This document shows positions 20,296-29,633 of a stretch of 32,889 nt of DNA, piece after piece. The notes under the pieces were generated by a model that saw only the letters and a program-made list of their open reading frames with translations, was not told the DNA's origin and did not search any database. The translations under genes were made by a program, and so were the position numbers. Source of the stretch: Acidobacteriota bacterium (lineage in GTDB: Bacteria; Acidobacteriota; UBA6911; RPQK01; JAPXNP01); contig JAPXNP010000001.1 of the NCBI GenBank assembly GCA_033811955.1, forward strand, positions 1 to 32,889. Direction: 5' to 3'. Numbering within the stretch: the first letter of the stretch is position 1; every line of letters begins with the position of its first letter.

Positions 20296-21211
20296 TGGTC
20301 TGTATCCTCACCAAGAAATCACGTACCGCCGGGATCACTCGTTCCCCGGCATCCTCCAGGACATAGTGACCGGCGTCCGAGAAGGTTCGCACTTCCGCAC
20401 TCGGGAAAAACCACTTCCAGCGCCGTAGGAACCCTTCGTGAAAGATAAAATCCCGCAGGCCCCAGCACACCAATACCGGGCGATCTTTTAAACGCTCGAG
20501 GCCAAGCTCCGTGTTCTTGACGACATCATACGAAGGATCGCCGGGCGCAAGCGGAATGTCCTCCACGAATTTGGCCTGCGCAATGCTCCCTCGAGATCCC
20601 CGGTGGGGAGCATAAAAACCCCGCCGCACCGAGGCGGTCGGACGTCGTCGACAGCCTAGCCACATGGCCGCAATGCCGAAGGCATTCCATCGGCGAATAG
20701 CCAAGTGAGCCAGCGGTGACCGCCGGGCCCAACGAAGCGTCCAGTGGAACCTCCGGTCCCCCGGGACGCGGAAGGCGGCGGAATTGAAGACCACCAGGGA
20801 GCGGAGGCGATCCGGATGATCCACGGCCCAAGCCAATCCGATCAGTCCTCCCCAGTCGTGCACCACCAAATCGACGGGCTCCCCCGCAGTGACTGAATCC
20901 ACCAAGCGAGAGAAATCCTCGACCCGGTCCCGCAAGCGGTACCCATATTGCCCTTCGTTCGGTCGGTCGGAGTACCCACAGCCGATGTGATCGGGCGCCA
21001 CAACCCGCATATGATCCCGGAGGGCGGGAATCAGCTCCCGATACAAGAAGGCCCACGTAGGGTTGCCGTGCAGGAGAAAGGCCACGGGACCGTCTCCCTC
21101 ATCGAAGGCGTGCATGCGCAGCCCCTTCGAAACCGTCACGAAACGGGATCTGAAAGGGAGGCGACAGGAACCATTCTCCGCTCTAGAGGGATTACCTTCC
21201 TGAGGGGCCAT
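20282..21211 (-). CDS. oleB: Alpha/beta hydrolase, haloalkane-dehalogenase-like, OleB-type
   Basis: HGNPTWAFLYRELIP, APDHIGCGYSDRP and the nucleophile elbow VVHDWGGLIG. 309 aa. Separated from oleA by 17 nt. Confidence 0.8.
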   Translation of the reverse strand: MAPQEGNPSRAENGSCRLPFRSRFVTVSKGLRMHAFDEGDGPVAFLLHGNPTWAFLYRELIPALRDHMRVVAPDHIGCGYSDRPNEGQYGYRLRDRVEDFSRLVDSVTAGEPVDLVVHDWGGLIGLAWAVDHPDRLRSLVVFNSAAFRVPGDRRFHWTLRWARRSPLAHLAIRRWNAFGIAAMWLGCRRRPTASVRRGFYAPHRGSRGSIAQAKFVEDIPLAPGDPSYDVVKNTELGLERLKDRPVLVCWGLRDFIFHEGFLRRWKWFFPSAEVRTFSDAGHYVLEDAGERVIPAVRDFLVRIQTSASD

Positions 21212-21228
21212 CGGCCATCCAACAACGA

Positions 21229-22257
21229 TCAGTACTCGAAAGAAGCCAGAGCCGTGGTAACCCCGGCGCTACCCATAACCAACAACACCCGCATACCCCG
21301 CCGAAGTCGTCCCTCTTCTTCCGCCACAGCCAAGCCGAGAGGCAACGAGGCTGAAACCGTGTTACCGAAACGGTCATGGGTCTCAAATACACGGTCCACA
21401 TCGAGGCCCATCATCCGCGCGGCTCGCGCCGTCGAAGCCACACTGACCGCATGACCGACGATCAAATCGTAGGTTCGATCCGACAAGCTCTGGGTTTCCC
21501 GGAAATGAGCCACCAACTGGCGGACCGTAAAGGACAGAAGCTGAGCCGGCGCGGTGATAAAAGCCATCGGCTTGATCCGCTCCCCGTTGGGCGAGAAATC
21601 GGCCGCATTCGGCAGAGCAATCTTGCACAAAGAATGCTTGTCTCCCCACGTCTTGAAGGAAAACTCCGAATCGTCGTCGCCTTCGGCGCTGAGCAAAGTC
21701 GCCGTGGCCGCTTCGCCGATCGTGAACGCCGAAAAAGACTGCTCCAGATCCTCTTCGTTATGAATCTCGAAATTCGCATACTCGCGGAAGTTGAATTCGC
21801 AGTTCAGGATCATGATGAGCTTGTACATCTTCTGAGACAAAAAGCTCTTAGCGATTGCAAGACTGCGGATCCAGCTGGCGCAAGCGTCAAGCACGTCGAA
21901 GCACGTAGCCGAACGCAACCCCAACTCACTCTGAAAAAGGTTGGCGGTAGCCGGCTCGACCCATCCACGCCCCACTCCGGCGTAGATCAGGAGGTCAACG
22001 TCCTGAGGAGCCACGCCCGCTTCATCCAGGGCCTGCCGTCCAGCCTGAACTGCAAAGTCAAACGCCTTTTCTCCGTTATTCCGGTGAAAGCGATACTGCG
22101 TCCCCGACATGTGGAAAAAGCGCCGAAGCTTCTCGTCGAACACCTGGACTTGGTCGGCGGACAGGTGAGACCGATTGCGATCCAGCACTTCTCGGATGAG
22201 TTCTTCGTTATCCACACGCCGAGACGGCAGAGCGTATTTTATGCTCAGAATCTTCAT
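21229..22257 (-). CDS. oleA: Thiolase-superfamily (FabH-like) condensing enzyme, OleA-type
   Basis: FabH-like fold with active-site Cys context FDVLDACASW, C-terminal HAVS and FGNTVSASLPLGL (His/Asn region). 342 aa. First gene of the cluster. Confidence 0.8.
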   Translation of the reverse strand: MKILSIKYALPSRRVDNEELIREVLDRNRSHLSADQVQVFDEKLRRFFHMSGTQYRFHRNNGEKAFDFAVQAGRQALDEAGVAPQDVDLLIYAGVGRGWVEPATANLFQSELGLRSATCFDVLDACASWIRSLAIAKSFLSQKMYKLIMILNCEFNFREYANFEIHNEEDLEQSFSAFTIGEAATATLLSAEGDDDSEFSFKTWGDKHSLCKIALPNAADFSPNGERIKPMAFITAPAQLLSFTVRQLVAHFRETQSLSDRTYDLIVGHAVSVASTARAARMMGLDVDRVFETHDRFGNTVSASLPLGLAVAEEEGRLRRGMRVLLVMGSAGVTTALASFEY

Positions 22258-22385
22258 GTCACCGCACTCTCCGGCCTAAACGTCAACCGAGATCCGTCGG
22301 CGGCACAACCACCGACTTGACCCTTCAGGAGGCATAGGTATCCGTCCCCGCGATTGCTTATGAATCCTAGCAAGAGCCGCCGGCC

Positions 22386-22405
22386 GTCTTCAAAGCGTCT
22401 TCAAA
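22386..22405. repeat. Tandem direct repeat GTCTTCAAA x2 with 11-bp phasing
   Basis: GTCTTCAAA at 22386-22394 and again at 22397-22405, identical 9-mers one helical turn apart. They lie ~130-150 bp upstream of the oleA start in the divergent spacer. Confidence 0.6.
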
Positions 22406-22683
22406 CATCAAGGTTGCCATCGAGCCCCCGAATCCCCAAAACCTCATCTCTTCGTCCGGCAAGACGGTACTTCGGGACGGCACGTTCAATAATACGACAT
22501 TTTTGACTCACGGGTTTCCGCACGTGCTGCATAACGCTCAGCCGCCGGGAACATGCTGCAGCCTTCGAATCACCTGATCGGGGTGTATCAAGATGTGCGG
22601 TTGATGTTGCGCCATGCGGGCCGAAGACTGCCCCTTGGTGCGGCTCGTGCCCCCCGGGCCGGGGTTACGGCTGTCAAGGAGGG

Positions 22684-22966
22684 TTGCAGGTATCCGACGG
22701 GTAGAGCGTTCGGCGGTGAAGGTTTCAAGTTTCAGGAAGAGAAAGAGGATGGTTGGCAGTCCGGAGGCCGCAGTCTGCGACCCGGGGTCTTGCGGTTACG
22801 AATCGGCCACAGACAGCCGCCGGACTTCGAGCCCGGAAATCCCGAACTCCAGCCCACCAACCATCGCTCTTCTTCTCGCCTCCTGAAACCCGAAGGTTGA
22901 AACCTGCAAATTGTGTCCTTCCGCCTCCGCTTCGCCAAGGCTTGCCAGTCCAACAACGGACGGATA
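22684..22966. ncRNA. Candidate large structured RNA or long imperfect inverted repeat (rod-like hairpin)
   Basis: Hand-checked helices: 22720-22728/22897-22905 (9 bp); 22729-22737/22881-22889 (9 bp); 22738-22747/22867-22876 (8 WC + 1 GU + 1 mismatch); 22748-22756/22857-22865 (9 bp); 22758-22764/22820-22826 (7 bp); 22766-22768/22816-22818; 22773-22777/22810-22814. Outer extensions are 22712-22716/22921-22925 and 22704-22708/22928-22932. Strand unresolved. Confidence 0.5.
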
Positions 22967-22985
22967 GCATACGCTCAAGACACTC

Positions 22986-24230
22986 ATGGAAAGCTCACCC
23001 TTGATCGATCGTAGTGAGTATGGGTTCGGACGGGACGCTCGGGCCGATTTCCCGGCATTCGAGCGTCTGGAGCGGGACCGCCCCTTGGCCTTTTTCGACG
23101 GCCCCGGAGGAAGCCAGGTGCCGACCCAGGTTATCGAAGCCGTCAGCCGTTACTATCGCCGCTCAAATGCCAATACGCACGGCGCCTTTTGTACCTCCGT
23201 CGAGACGGACGCCGTCATCGAGAAGGCACGAGAAAGCTGTGCCGCCCTGTTGTGTGCCCCGGGGCCTGAAACGATTTCCTTCGGCGCCAACATGACCACG
23301 CTGACGTTCTCGCTGGCTCACGCCCTGGGTAGGACACTGCGCCCCGGGGACGAGATTCTTATCACGCAGCTGGATCACGAAGCCAACCGCGGACCTTGGC
23401 TGAACCTGCGAGAGGCCGGCATACAGGTCCGAGAGGTCCGTATGACTCTTCAAGGCGAACTCGATTACGAGGATTTCGGCGCCAAACTCAATGAAGCCAC
23501 TCGGATCGTAGCCGTCGGTTGGGCGTCAAACGCCCTGGGAACCGTCAACGACCTCTCCTGGATTCGGGAACAGACGCGGCGGGTGGGCGCCCGGCTCGTG
23601 GTGGACGCGGTTCATTACGCCCCTCACTTCGGAATCAACGTGCAGACCGCCGACTTCGACTTCCTGCTTTGCTCCGCCTACAAGTTTTACGGACCTCACG
23701 TTGGGATTCTTTACTCGCGGCCGAATCTTTTGGGGCAGCTACCCACGGATCGCCTCATCGCGCAGGACAGTCGGGCTCCGTGGCGAATCGAGACAGGCAC
23801 CCTGAACCATGCCGGCTTGGCCGGCGTTACGGCGGCAATCGAATATCTAGCCTCCTGGGGAAAGGATGGGGACCTGCGCTCACGGCTGGAACAGGCGTTC
23901 CCCCGGTTGGGGAGACATGAGAGCTCTTTGGCACGACGCCTGTGGAACGGCCTCGGTCACATTGAAACAGTCCGCCGCTATGGACCGGACTTCGACGAGA
24001 CTAGTCGGGCGCCGACCGTCGCCTTCCGGGTGCGCCACCTTTCGCCCCGCACCGTTGCCAAGCGGTTGGCGGAAGAAGGCGTCTTGGTTTGGGACGGCGA
24101 CTTCTATGCAGCACGAGCCATTGAGATCCTGGGGTTGGCGTCCTTGGGAGGAGTCGTCCGGGCCGGTATTTCCCTGTACACCACGGAGCAAGACGTAGAC
24201 CGGCTGCTGGCGGTAGTGGAACGCCTTTAG
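22986..24230 (+). CDS. Class-V aminotransferase-fold PLP enzyme (cysteine desulfurase-like)
   Basis: [34 protein letters not shown] and the PLP-lysine context [10 protein letters not shown]. 414 aa. Confidence 0.8.
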   Translation: MESSPLIDRSEYGFGRDARADFPAFERLERDRPLAFFDGPGGSQVPTQVIEAVSRYYRRSNANTHGAFCTSVETDAVIEKARESCAALLCAPGPETISFGANMTTLTFSLAHALGRTLRPGDEILITQLDHEANRGPWLNLREAGIQVREVRMTLQGELDYEDFGAKLNEATRIVAVGWASNALGTVNDLSWIREQTRRVGARLVVDAVHYAPHFGINVQTADFDFLLCSAYKFYGPHVGILYSRPNLLGQLPTDRLIAQDSRAPWRIETGTLNHAGLAGVTAAIEYLASWGKDGDLRSRLEQAFPRLGRHESSLARRLWNGLGHIETVRRYGPDFDETSRAPTVAFRVRHLSPRTVAKRLAEEGVLVWDGDFYAARAIEILGLASLGGVVRAGISLYTTEQDVDRLLAVVERL

Positions 24231-24240
24231 GGAGACGAAC

Positions 24241-25635
24241 ATGAGCGACTATCGCATCGAGAAAGACTCCATGGGCGAGGTGAAAGTCCCTGCCACCGCT
24301 TATTACGGTGCGCAGACACAACGGGCGGTCCTGAACTTCCCGATCAGCGGGCTGCGGATGCCCCGGCCGTTCATCCGTGCCATGGGTCTGATCAAGAAGG
24401 CGGCCGCGGAAACCAATCTCGAATTGGGTCGCCTGGATCCCGCCGTCGCCGACGCCGTCATACAGGCCGCCGACGAGGTGATTGCGGGGAAGCTGGACGA
24501 CCAGTTCGTGGTCGATGTGTTTCAGACGGGTTCCGGCACATCTACCAATATGAACGTCAATGAAGTCCTGGCAAACCGGGCCATCGAAATCCGTGGGGGC
24601 AAGATCGGCAGCAAGGAGATTCATCCCAACGACCACGTGAACTCAGGCCAGTCCAGCAACGATGTCATTCCGACGGCAATTCACGTGGCGGCGCTGGAGC
24701 AGATCGAAAAGAAGCTGTGCCCGGGTGTAGAACGACTGCGAACCTCGTTGAACCGAAAGGCGAGGGAGTTCGACGACGTCGTCAAGATCGGCCGGACCCA
24801 CCTGCAGGATGCCGTCCCGATTCGTTTGGGACAGGAGTTTTCGGGATACGTTTCCATGATGGAGCACGGGTTGCGCCGTCTCGACGCCGTCAGACCCCAC
24901 CTGGCGGAGCTGGCGATCGGGGGTACCGCAGTGGGGACGGGCCTGAATTGCCCGCCGGGCTTCGCCCCGCGGGTGGTGGAAAAGCTCTCGCAGTGGACGG
25001 GCCTGCCCTTCCGGGAGGCGGAAAACCGTTTTGAAGCGCTGGCTGCACGGGATGCCGCGGTCGAGGCTTCGGGCATGTTGAAGACGCTGGCCGTCAGCTT
25101 GATGAAGATCGCCAACGATTTGAGGTGGCTCGGATCGGGGCCGCGGTGCGGCATTGGCGAGCTCCAGTTGCCACCCACTCAACCTGGAAGCTCGATTATG
25201 CCGGGTAAAGTGAACCCGGTCATCCCGGAGGCCGTTACGATGGTGGCCGCGCAGGTAATCGGCAACGACACGGCAATCACGCTGGGAGGACAATCCGGGA
25301 ATTTCGAGCTGAACGTGATGCAACCTCTGATCGCCTACAACCTGCTCCAGTCCATCGAGTTGCTGGCCAACGCCTGCATCGTCCTGGCTGAAAAGTGCGT
25401 CGACGGTCTCCAGGCGAACCGCGAAAGAGCCCGGGAAATGGTGGAGAAGTCGTTGGCCATGGTGACCGCACTGGCACCTCGGATCGGTTACGACCTGGCG
25501 GCCGAAATCGCCAAAGAATCGTACCAGACGGGGAAAACGGTGCGGGAGATCTGCCAAGAACGGAATGTGCTGACGCCTGGTGAACTGGCACGAGTGCTGG
25601 ACCCCTGGCGCATGACGGAAGGCGGAACCCTCTGA
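24241..25635 (+). CDS. fumC: Class II fumarate hydratase (aspartase/fumarase superfamily)
   Basis: Signature [23 protein letters not shown] and [11 protein letters not shown] resemble FumC (QTGSGT, SQSSND) more than AspA (QGGAGT, CQSTND). 464 aa. Confidence 0.8.
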   Translation: MSDYRIEKDSMGEVKVPATAYYGAQTQRAVLNFPISGLRMPRPFIRAMGLIKKAAAETNLELGRLDPAVADAVIQAADEVIAGKLDDQFVVDVFQTGSGTSTNMNVNEVLANRAIEIRGGKIGSKEIHPNDHVNSGQSSNDVIPTAIHVAALEQIEKKLCPGVERLRTSLNRKAREFDDVVKIGRTHLQDAVPIRLGQEFSGYVSMMEHGLRRLDAVRPHLAELAIGGTAVGTGLNCPPGFAPRVVEKLSQWTGLPFREAENRFEALAARDAAVEASGMLKTLAVSLMKIANDLRWLGSGPRCGIGELQLPPTQPGSSIMPGKVNPVIPEAVTMVAAQVIGNDTAITLGGQSGNFELNVMQPLIAYNLLQSIELLANACIVLAEKCVDGLQANRERAREMVEKSLAMVTALAPRIGYDLAAEIAKESYQTGKTVREICQERNVLTPGELARVLDPWRMTEGGTL

Positions 25636-25769
25636 CGCAGGCTCCTCGGTCGGACGTACCACCGATCCGGGCGGCGCGAGGGCGTTCCCGGAGCACCATC
25701 TATCCCAAACACGAACTGCGCAGAGTCCCCGAAACAACAGACCTTCGGTTCATGCCGTCTCCACGCTTC

Positions 25770-26435
25770 CTACGGCTTGACGGCGCTGCCGGCTACAAAG
25801 GGCGTCAACAAAAGACCAAACGGCTTTGTCCACCGGCCCACCTTCACGAACGGATCAAACCATTCGCAATCTTCCAGCCGGAATCCGATCTGCCGGATCA
25901 CGTGCAGGGTCCGGCGATTAGGACGACACCCGCAGCCGATCCACGACCACACAGGAGCAGCAAGGTCCTGCCATCGCGCCCGGCGTCCCTCCCCACGGAT
26001 GTGCTCCAGAAACAAGAACGTCCCCCCGGGGCGAAGAACACGAGCCAACTCCCCCAGCACAGCCGCGGGCTTCCGCACCGAACACAGCACCAGCGTGCAG
26101 ACGACGGCGTCGAACTGAGCGTCTGCAAACGGCAGCTGGGCACCGTCGCCCTGAATCAAAGCGCCAGGAAACTGGAAGTCACGCTCTCCCGCCGAACGCT
26201 TGCGACCGGCCACGGCCAGCATCGCCGCATCTCGCTCGACGCCGACGTATTGGTCGACCCGACGGGGGAGCTGAGACCAGTTGGCTCCGGTGCCTACACC
26301 GATTTCAAGCACTCGGCCCCGGACACCGCCCAACAGCTTGCTCCGGTACGGGCGCAACGCCCTTCGTTCCACGCTCTGCATCAACCAATCGTACCGGGAC
26401 GCCCACCAACATCCTCGCTTGACTCGACGGTCCAT
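25770..26435 (-). CDS. Class I SAM-dependent methyltransferase
   Basis: Motif I VLEIGVGTGAN, post-I acidic residue GVERD, and LRPGGTFLFLEH. 221 aa. Starts 6 nt after the macro-domain gene stop. Confidence 0.8.
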   Translation of the reverse strand: MDRRVKRGCWWASRYDWLMQSVERRALRPYRSKLLGGVRGRVLEIGVGTGANWSQLPRRVDQYVGVERDAAMLAVAGRKRSAGERDFQFPGALIQGDGAQLPFADAQFDAVVCTLVLCSVRKPAAVLGELARVLRPGGTFLFLEHIRGEGRRARWQDLAAPVWSWIGCGCRPNRRTLHVIRQIGFRLEDCEWFDPFVKVGRWTKPFGLLLTPFVAGSAVKP

Positions 26436-26441
26436 GCAGCG

Positions 26442-27005
26442 TCAGCCCCGATCAGTCTCGCCTCCCACTTGGGTTTGCAGCAGCTTCTCCAGAACCTCAC
26501 AGTGTATCCGGAAAGCTTCTTTACCCCACAGAACAAAGCGAATCAGGCGGACCGATCGTAAGTCTTTGGCCTCCTCCGCCACGGTCCGCAGAGCGACCTC
26601 TGCCGCCTCGGCGGTCGGATAGCCGAAAGCCCCCGTCGAAATCGAGGGAAACGCTATCGAACGGATACCCTTCTCCTCGGCCAACCGTAGGCTGTTGCGG
26701 TAGCAATCCGCCAAGATCCGGTCGGCCGGCTCGTCCCGCCCGTACACTGGGCCAAGGCAGTGAATCACCCAGCGGTTCGGTAGACGATGACCGCCGGTGA
26801 TCACCGCCTGCCCGGGCCGGATCGGTCCCAAAGGACGACATTCCTCCCACAATCCGGGACCGGCTGCGCGGTGAATGGCGCCGGCTACTCCCCCGCCTGG
26901 GGCCAACTGGGCGTTCGCGGCGTTCACGATGCACTCGATGTCGGGTTGCTTGGTGATGTCTCCTTCGACAACTTCGATTTCCACGGCTCCAACCTGTTTC
27001 CTCAT
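26442..27005 (-). CDS. Macro-domain protein (O-acetyl-ADP-ribose deacetylase, YmdB-like)
   Basis: IVNAANAQLAPGGGVAGAIHRAAGP, VIHCLGPVY and IAFPSISTGAFGYP. The ATG at 27005 is preceded by GGAGGTT. The longest ORF starts at 27056. Confidence 0.85.
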   Translation of the reverse strand: MRKQVGAVEIEVVEGDITKQPDIECIVNAANAQLAPGGGVAGAIHRAAGPGLWEECRPLGPIRPGQAVITGGHRLPNRWVIHCLGPVYGRDEPADRILADCYRNSLRLAEEKGIRSIAFPSISTGAFGYPTAEAAEVALRTVAEEAKDLRSVRLIRFVLWGKEAFRIHCEVLEKLLQTQVGGETDRG

Positions 27006-27134
27006 AAGAAAACCTCCTAAGAATGTCGATCCCCGCGGCAAAAGCGGGTTACCCAAATCGGCATTCCCGGTGCAGCAAACCGTTTCCCGGCAACCCGATT
27101 CGGACGAGAGACTCCCAAAACCTACGCTCCTAAT

Positions 27135-29633
27135 CTAGTTCTCCATCCGCAATACTTCCAGAACCGGCCGTCGCAATAATCCCCAACTGAGCGAGACGCC
27201 GACCAGCACGGTGGCAATCGGTATAAACGCAGCCAAGAGAACCGTAGTCCTCCCGAACGGAACGAACGGCACTTCCAAGATCCATTTACATAGTCCCCAC
27301 CCGGCGATTTCGGCCAGCAACAGCCCCGCAAACAGTCCCAGCATCCCCACGGCGGCGTATTCGGCCAGCAGGATGCGACGGAGTTGGCCACGAGAAGCTC
27401 CCAGAGTGCGCAAAAGAATCACCTCGCGCATTCTGGCCCAGCGCCCCCCGGCCAGCGCAACCACCAGCGTCAGAAAGGCAACCGCCAGGCTAAACGAACC
27501 CATGAAGTGAACGACAAAGCCCACGCGATCGAGCACCGCTTCCACCGTCTCTAAAACAAAGGACAAATCGACGGCTGACACCGTCGGGTACCGCTCCAAC
27601 ACCTTCCGCTGAACTTCCGCGGAGGTTGCACGGTCGGCGACTCGCCCGACAAGGACATGAAATTGTGGTGCATCTTCCAAGACTCCGGAAGGAAACACGA
27701 CAAAGAAATTGGGCTGAAAGCTCCTCCATTCCACCTGCCGAATGCCGCCCACCTCCACCGACACCGGGACTCCTTGGACATCGAACGTGAGCCGGGAGCC
27801 CACCTCGACCTGGAGGCTCCGGGCGATTTCTTCCTCGAGGGTAACGTAAACCCGGTCACCCCGGCGATGCTGGACCCGGCCGCGGACGAGCCGCTCCGAA
27901 TCGTCCAGCTTCTCCCGGTAAGTGCAACGGTATTCGTGCTCATAGGCCCATCGTTCCTGCCCGTTCTTCTCGATGTCGTCGACGTTCACCCCCTCCACGG
28001 AAAGCAACCGCATCGTCACCACCGGCACCTGCTGGAGCAGCCGCATCCCCGCCTCGCCGGCCAGCCGGGAGACCCCTTCCAGTTCGTCCGTCTGCACGTC
28101 GAAGAGCACCAAATTCGGCCGGTCCTCACTGTCGTTGAAGCGAATCTCGGCCAACAGTCCAGCTTCCAAGAGGGAGAGAAGGGCCACCAGAAAAGTGCCC
28201 AGTGCCACCATAGAGACCATGAGCAGCGTTTGATTGCCCGGCCGGTAAAGGTTCGCAATCCCCTGGCGCCATTCGTACGAGAACCTTCTCCGCGCCAGAG
28301 CACGGGCGGCTCTCATCAGGGCGAAGCTCACTCCCCACGCCGACAGCATGACCGCCGTCAGTCCGCCTACGAATCCGAACGCAAGAAGAGCGTCTCCCGT
28401 GACCTGGCGGCTCCAGGCAACCAGACCTCCGAGTGCCGCGATCCCTAACACCCAGTATCCGGCCGGCCATTCTTGGGATGGTTCGACCTCGCGCCTCAAA
28501 GCGGCCAGTGGAGGTACACGGCGCAAAGGAACCGCCGGCACGAGGGCGAAAAAAAGCGCGCCCCCCAGACAGAGAGCCACTGCCTCCACGACCGGTTGCC
28601 ACCGTAGTCGAGGCTCGACGGTAAACGGAAGCCAGTCCTGGAGCAGCCAAGGCAAAATACTTTGAGCGGCGACACCTGCGACAGCCCCAACAGCCAGCCC
28701 TCCCAGACTCAACCCGCCTATCTGAAAGACAAAGACGAGAACCGCCTCCCATCCCCTGCAGCCCAGGCAACGTAGCGTCGCCACAACCGGCGCCTGACGC
28801 CGCGCCGACAGCAGCACCGCACTACTGACGGCTGCCGCCGCCAACACCAACGCCACCAGCCCCGCCAACCCGAGGAAGCGGTTCAAATTCCGAAAGCTGC
28901 GCCCGAAAGAAGCCCGACGATCCTCAATCGTCGTAAATCTAATATTCATGTTCTCGGCGGCACCCCGCAGAACCGGCAACTCGGCCGCAGGATCCCGGAG
29001 CTTCCCAAAGTACCGATATCGCACGCGGCTGCCGACCTGGATGAGTCCCGTCTCATGCACAAACCGCAACGGGATGAACACGCGGGGAAACAACTCGGAG
29101 ACTACCGCCGCCTCGCCCGCCACCCGAACGACCGCACCCGCAATACGAAATTCCGCATTGCCGATCCGTACCCGGTCCCCCATCTCAAGACTGAACTGCA
29201 GGAGAAGCGTCTGATCTACCAGAGCCAGGCGGTCCTCCTGCCAGCCGTTCGCCGCGGCGGGAGGATCGGTCTCCAGCGAGCCGTAAAACGGATAGTCGCC
29301 CTGAAGGGCACGAACTTGGACGAGGCGCGACATTCCGCTCGGCGGAAACACAGCCATCGAACTGAAATCCACCTCCTGCGCCCACTGGGAGGGAGATTCC
29401 CGAATCACCCTTTCGATCTCCTCGGGAAACGGTTGACTGCTGGAGAGAGCCACGTCCGCTCCCAGTAATGTCTTGCTTTCTTCTTGAACCGCCGCGTCCA
29501 GGCTTCCGGAGAAAAGCCGAACCGAGATCACCGCGGCCGCGCCCACCGCCACCACCAGAAAATACAGCACCAGCCTCCGCCACGAGTGCCGGAAGTCACG
29601 CCCGGCCATTCGGAGTATCCAGGCCGTTCTCAT
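27135..29633 (-). CDS. ABC transporter permease with two FtsX-type domains (YbbP-like)
   Basis: 832 aa with N- and C-terminal four-helix FtsX-like modules separated by large loops. Its start overlaps the ATPase stop (4 nt). Confidence 0.8.
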   Translation of the reverse strand: MRTAWILRMAGRDFRHSWRRLVLYFLVVAVGAAAVISVRLFSGSLDAAVQEESKTLLGADVALSSSQPFPEEIERVIRESPSQWAQEVDFSSMAVFPPSGMSRLVQVRALQGDYPFYGSLETDPPAAANGWQEDRLALVDQTLLLQFSLEMGDRVRIGNAEFRIAGAVVRVAGEAAVVSELFPRVFIPLRFVHETGLIQVGSRVRYRYFGKLRDPAAELPVLRGAAENMNIRFTTIEDRRASFGRSFRNLNRFLGLAGLVALVLAAAAVSSAVLLSARRQAPVVATLRCLGCRGWEAVLVFVFQIGGLSLGGLAVGAVAGVAAQSILPWLLQDWLPFTVEPRLRWQPVVEAVALCLGGALFFALVPAVPLRRVPPLAALRREVEPSQEWPAGYWVLGIAALGGLVAWSRQVTGDALLAFGFVGGLTAVMLSAWGVSFALMRAARALARRRFSYEWRQGIANLYRPGNQTLLMVSMVALGTFLVALLSLLEAGLLAEIRFNDSEDRPNLVLFDVQTDELEGVSRLAGEAGMRLLQQVPVVTMRLLSVEGVNVDDIEKNGQERWAYEHEYRCTYREKLDDSERLVRGRVQHRRGDRVYVTLEEEIARSLQVEVGSRLTFDVQGVPVSVEVGGIRQVEWRSFQPNFFVVFPSGVLEDAPQFHVLVGRVADRATSAEVQRKVLERYPTVSAVDLSFVLETVEAVLDRVGFVVHFMGSFSLAVAFLTLVVALAGGRWARMREVILLRTLGASRGQLRRILLAEYAAVGMLGLFAGLLLAEIAGWGLCKWILEVPFVPFGRTTVLLAAFIPIATVLVGVSLSWGLLRRPVLEVLRMEN

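Noticed and set aside
22684-22966. Known RNA families for the rod-like element: 6S, SRP/4.5S, RNase P, and the cobalamin riboswitch (GCCACAG at 22806-22812 resembles the B12 box GCCACTG).
   Set aside because: From memory of the consensus sequences, several expected features are missing. There is no GGAA-tetraloop/AGCAGC domain IV (SRP). There is no GAGGAAAGUCC/ACAGAACCCGGCUUA pair (RNase P). There is no two-sided central bubble as in 6S, since the 5' side of the junction is 1 nt. There are no GGGAA/GGUGAAAAUCC cobalamin core motifs. This needs a cmscan to be certain.
22753-23004. 83-aa plus-strand ORF starting at a TTG just after the purine-rich GAGGA inside the rod element, considered as a possible leader peptide or small protein.
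   Set aside because: The composition is low-complexity (Pro/Arg/Ala-rich). It overlaps the start of the aminotransferase gene out of frame. The SD spacing is only 3-4 nt, and the region is better explained by base pairing.
24241-25635. Aspartate ammonia-lyase instead of fumarase for the 464-aa lyase, considered because of the adjacent aminotransferase-fold gene.
   Set aside because: The diagnostic blocks read QTGSGT and [11 protein letters not shown], closer to FumC than to AspA (QGGAGT, CQSTNDAYPT). This remains a family-level call until a phylogeny is done.
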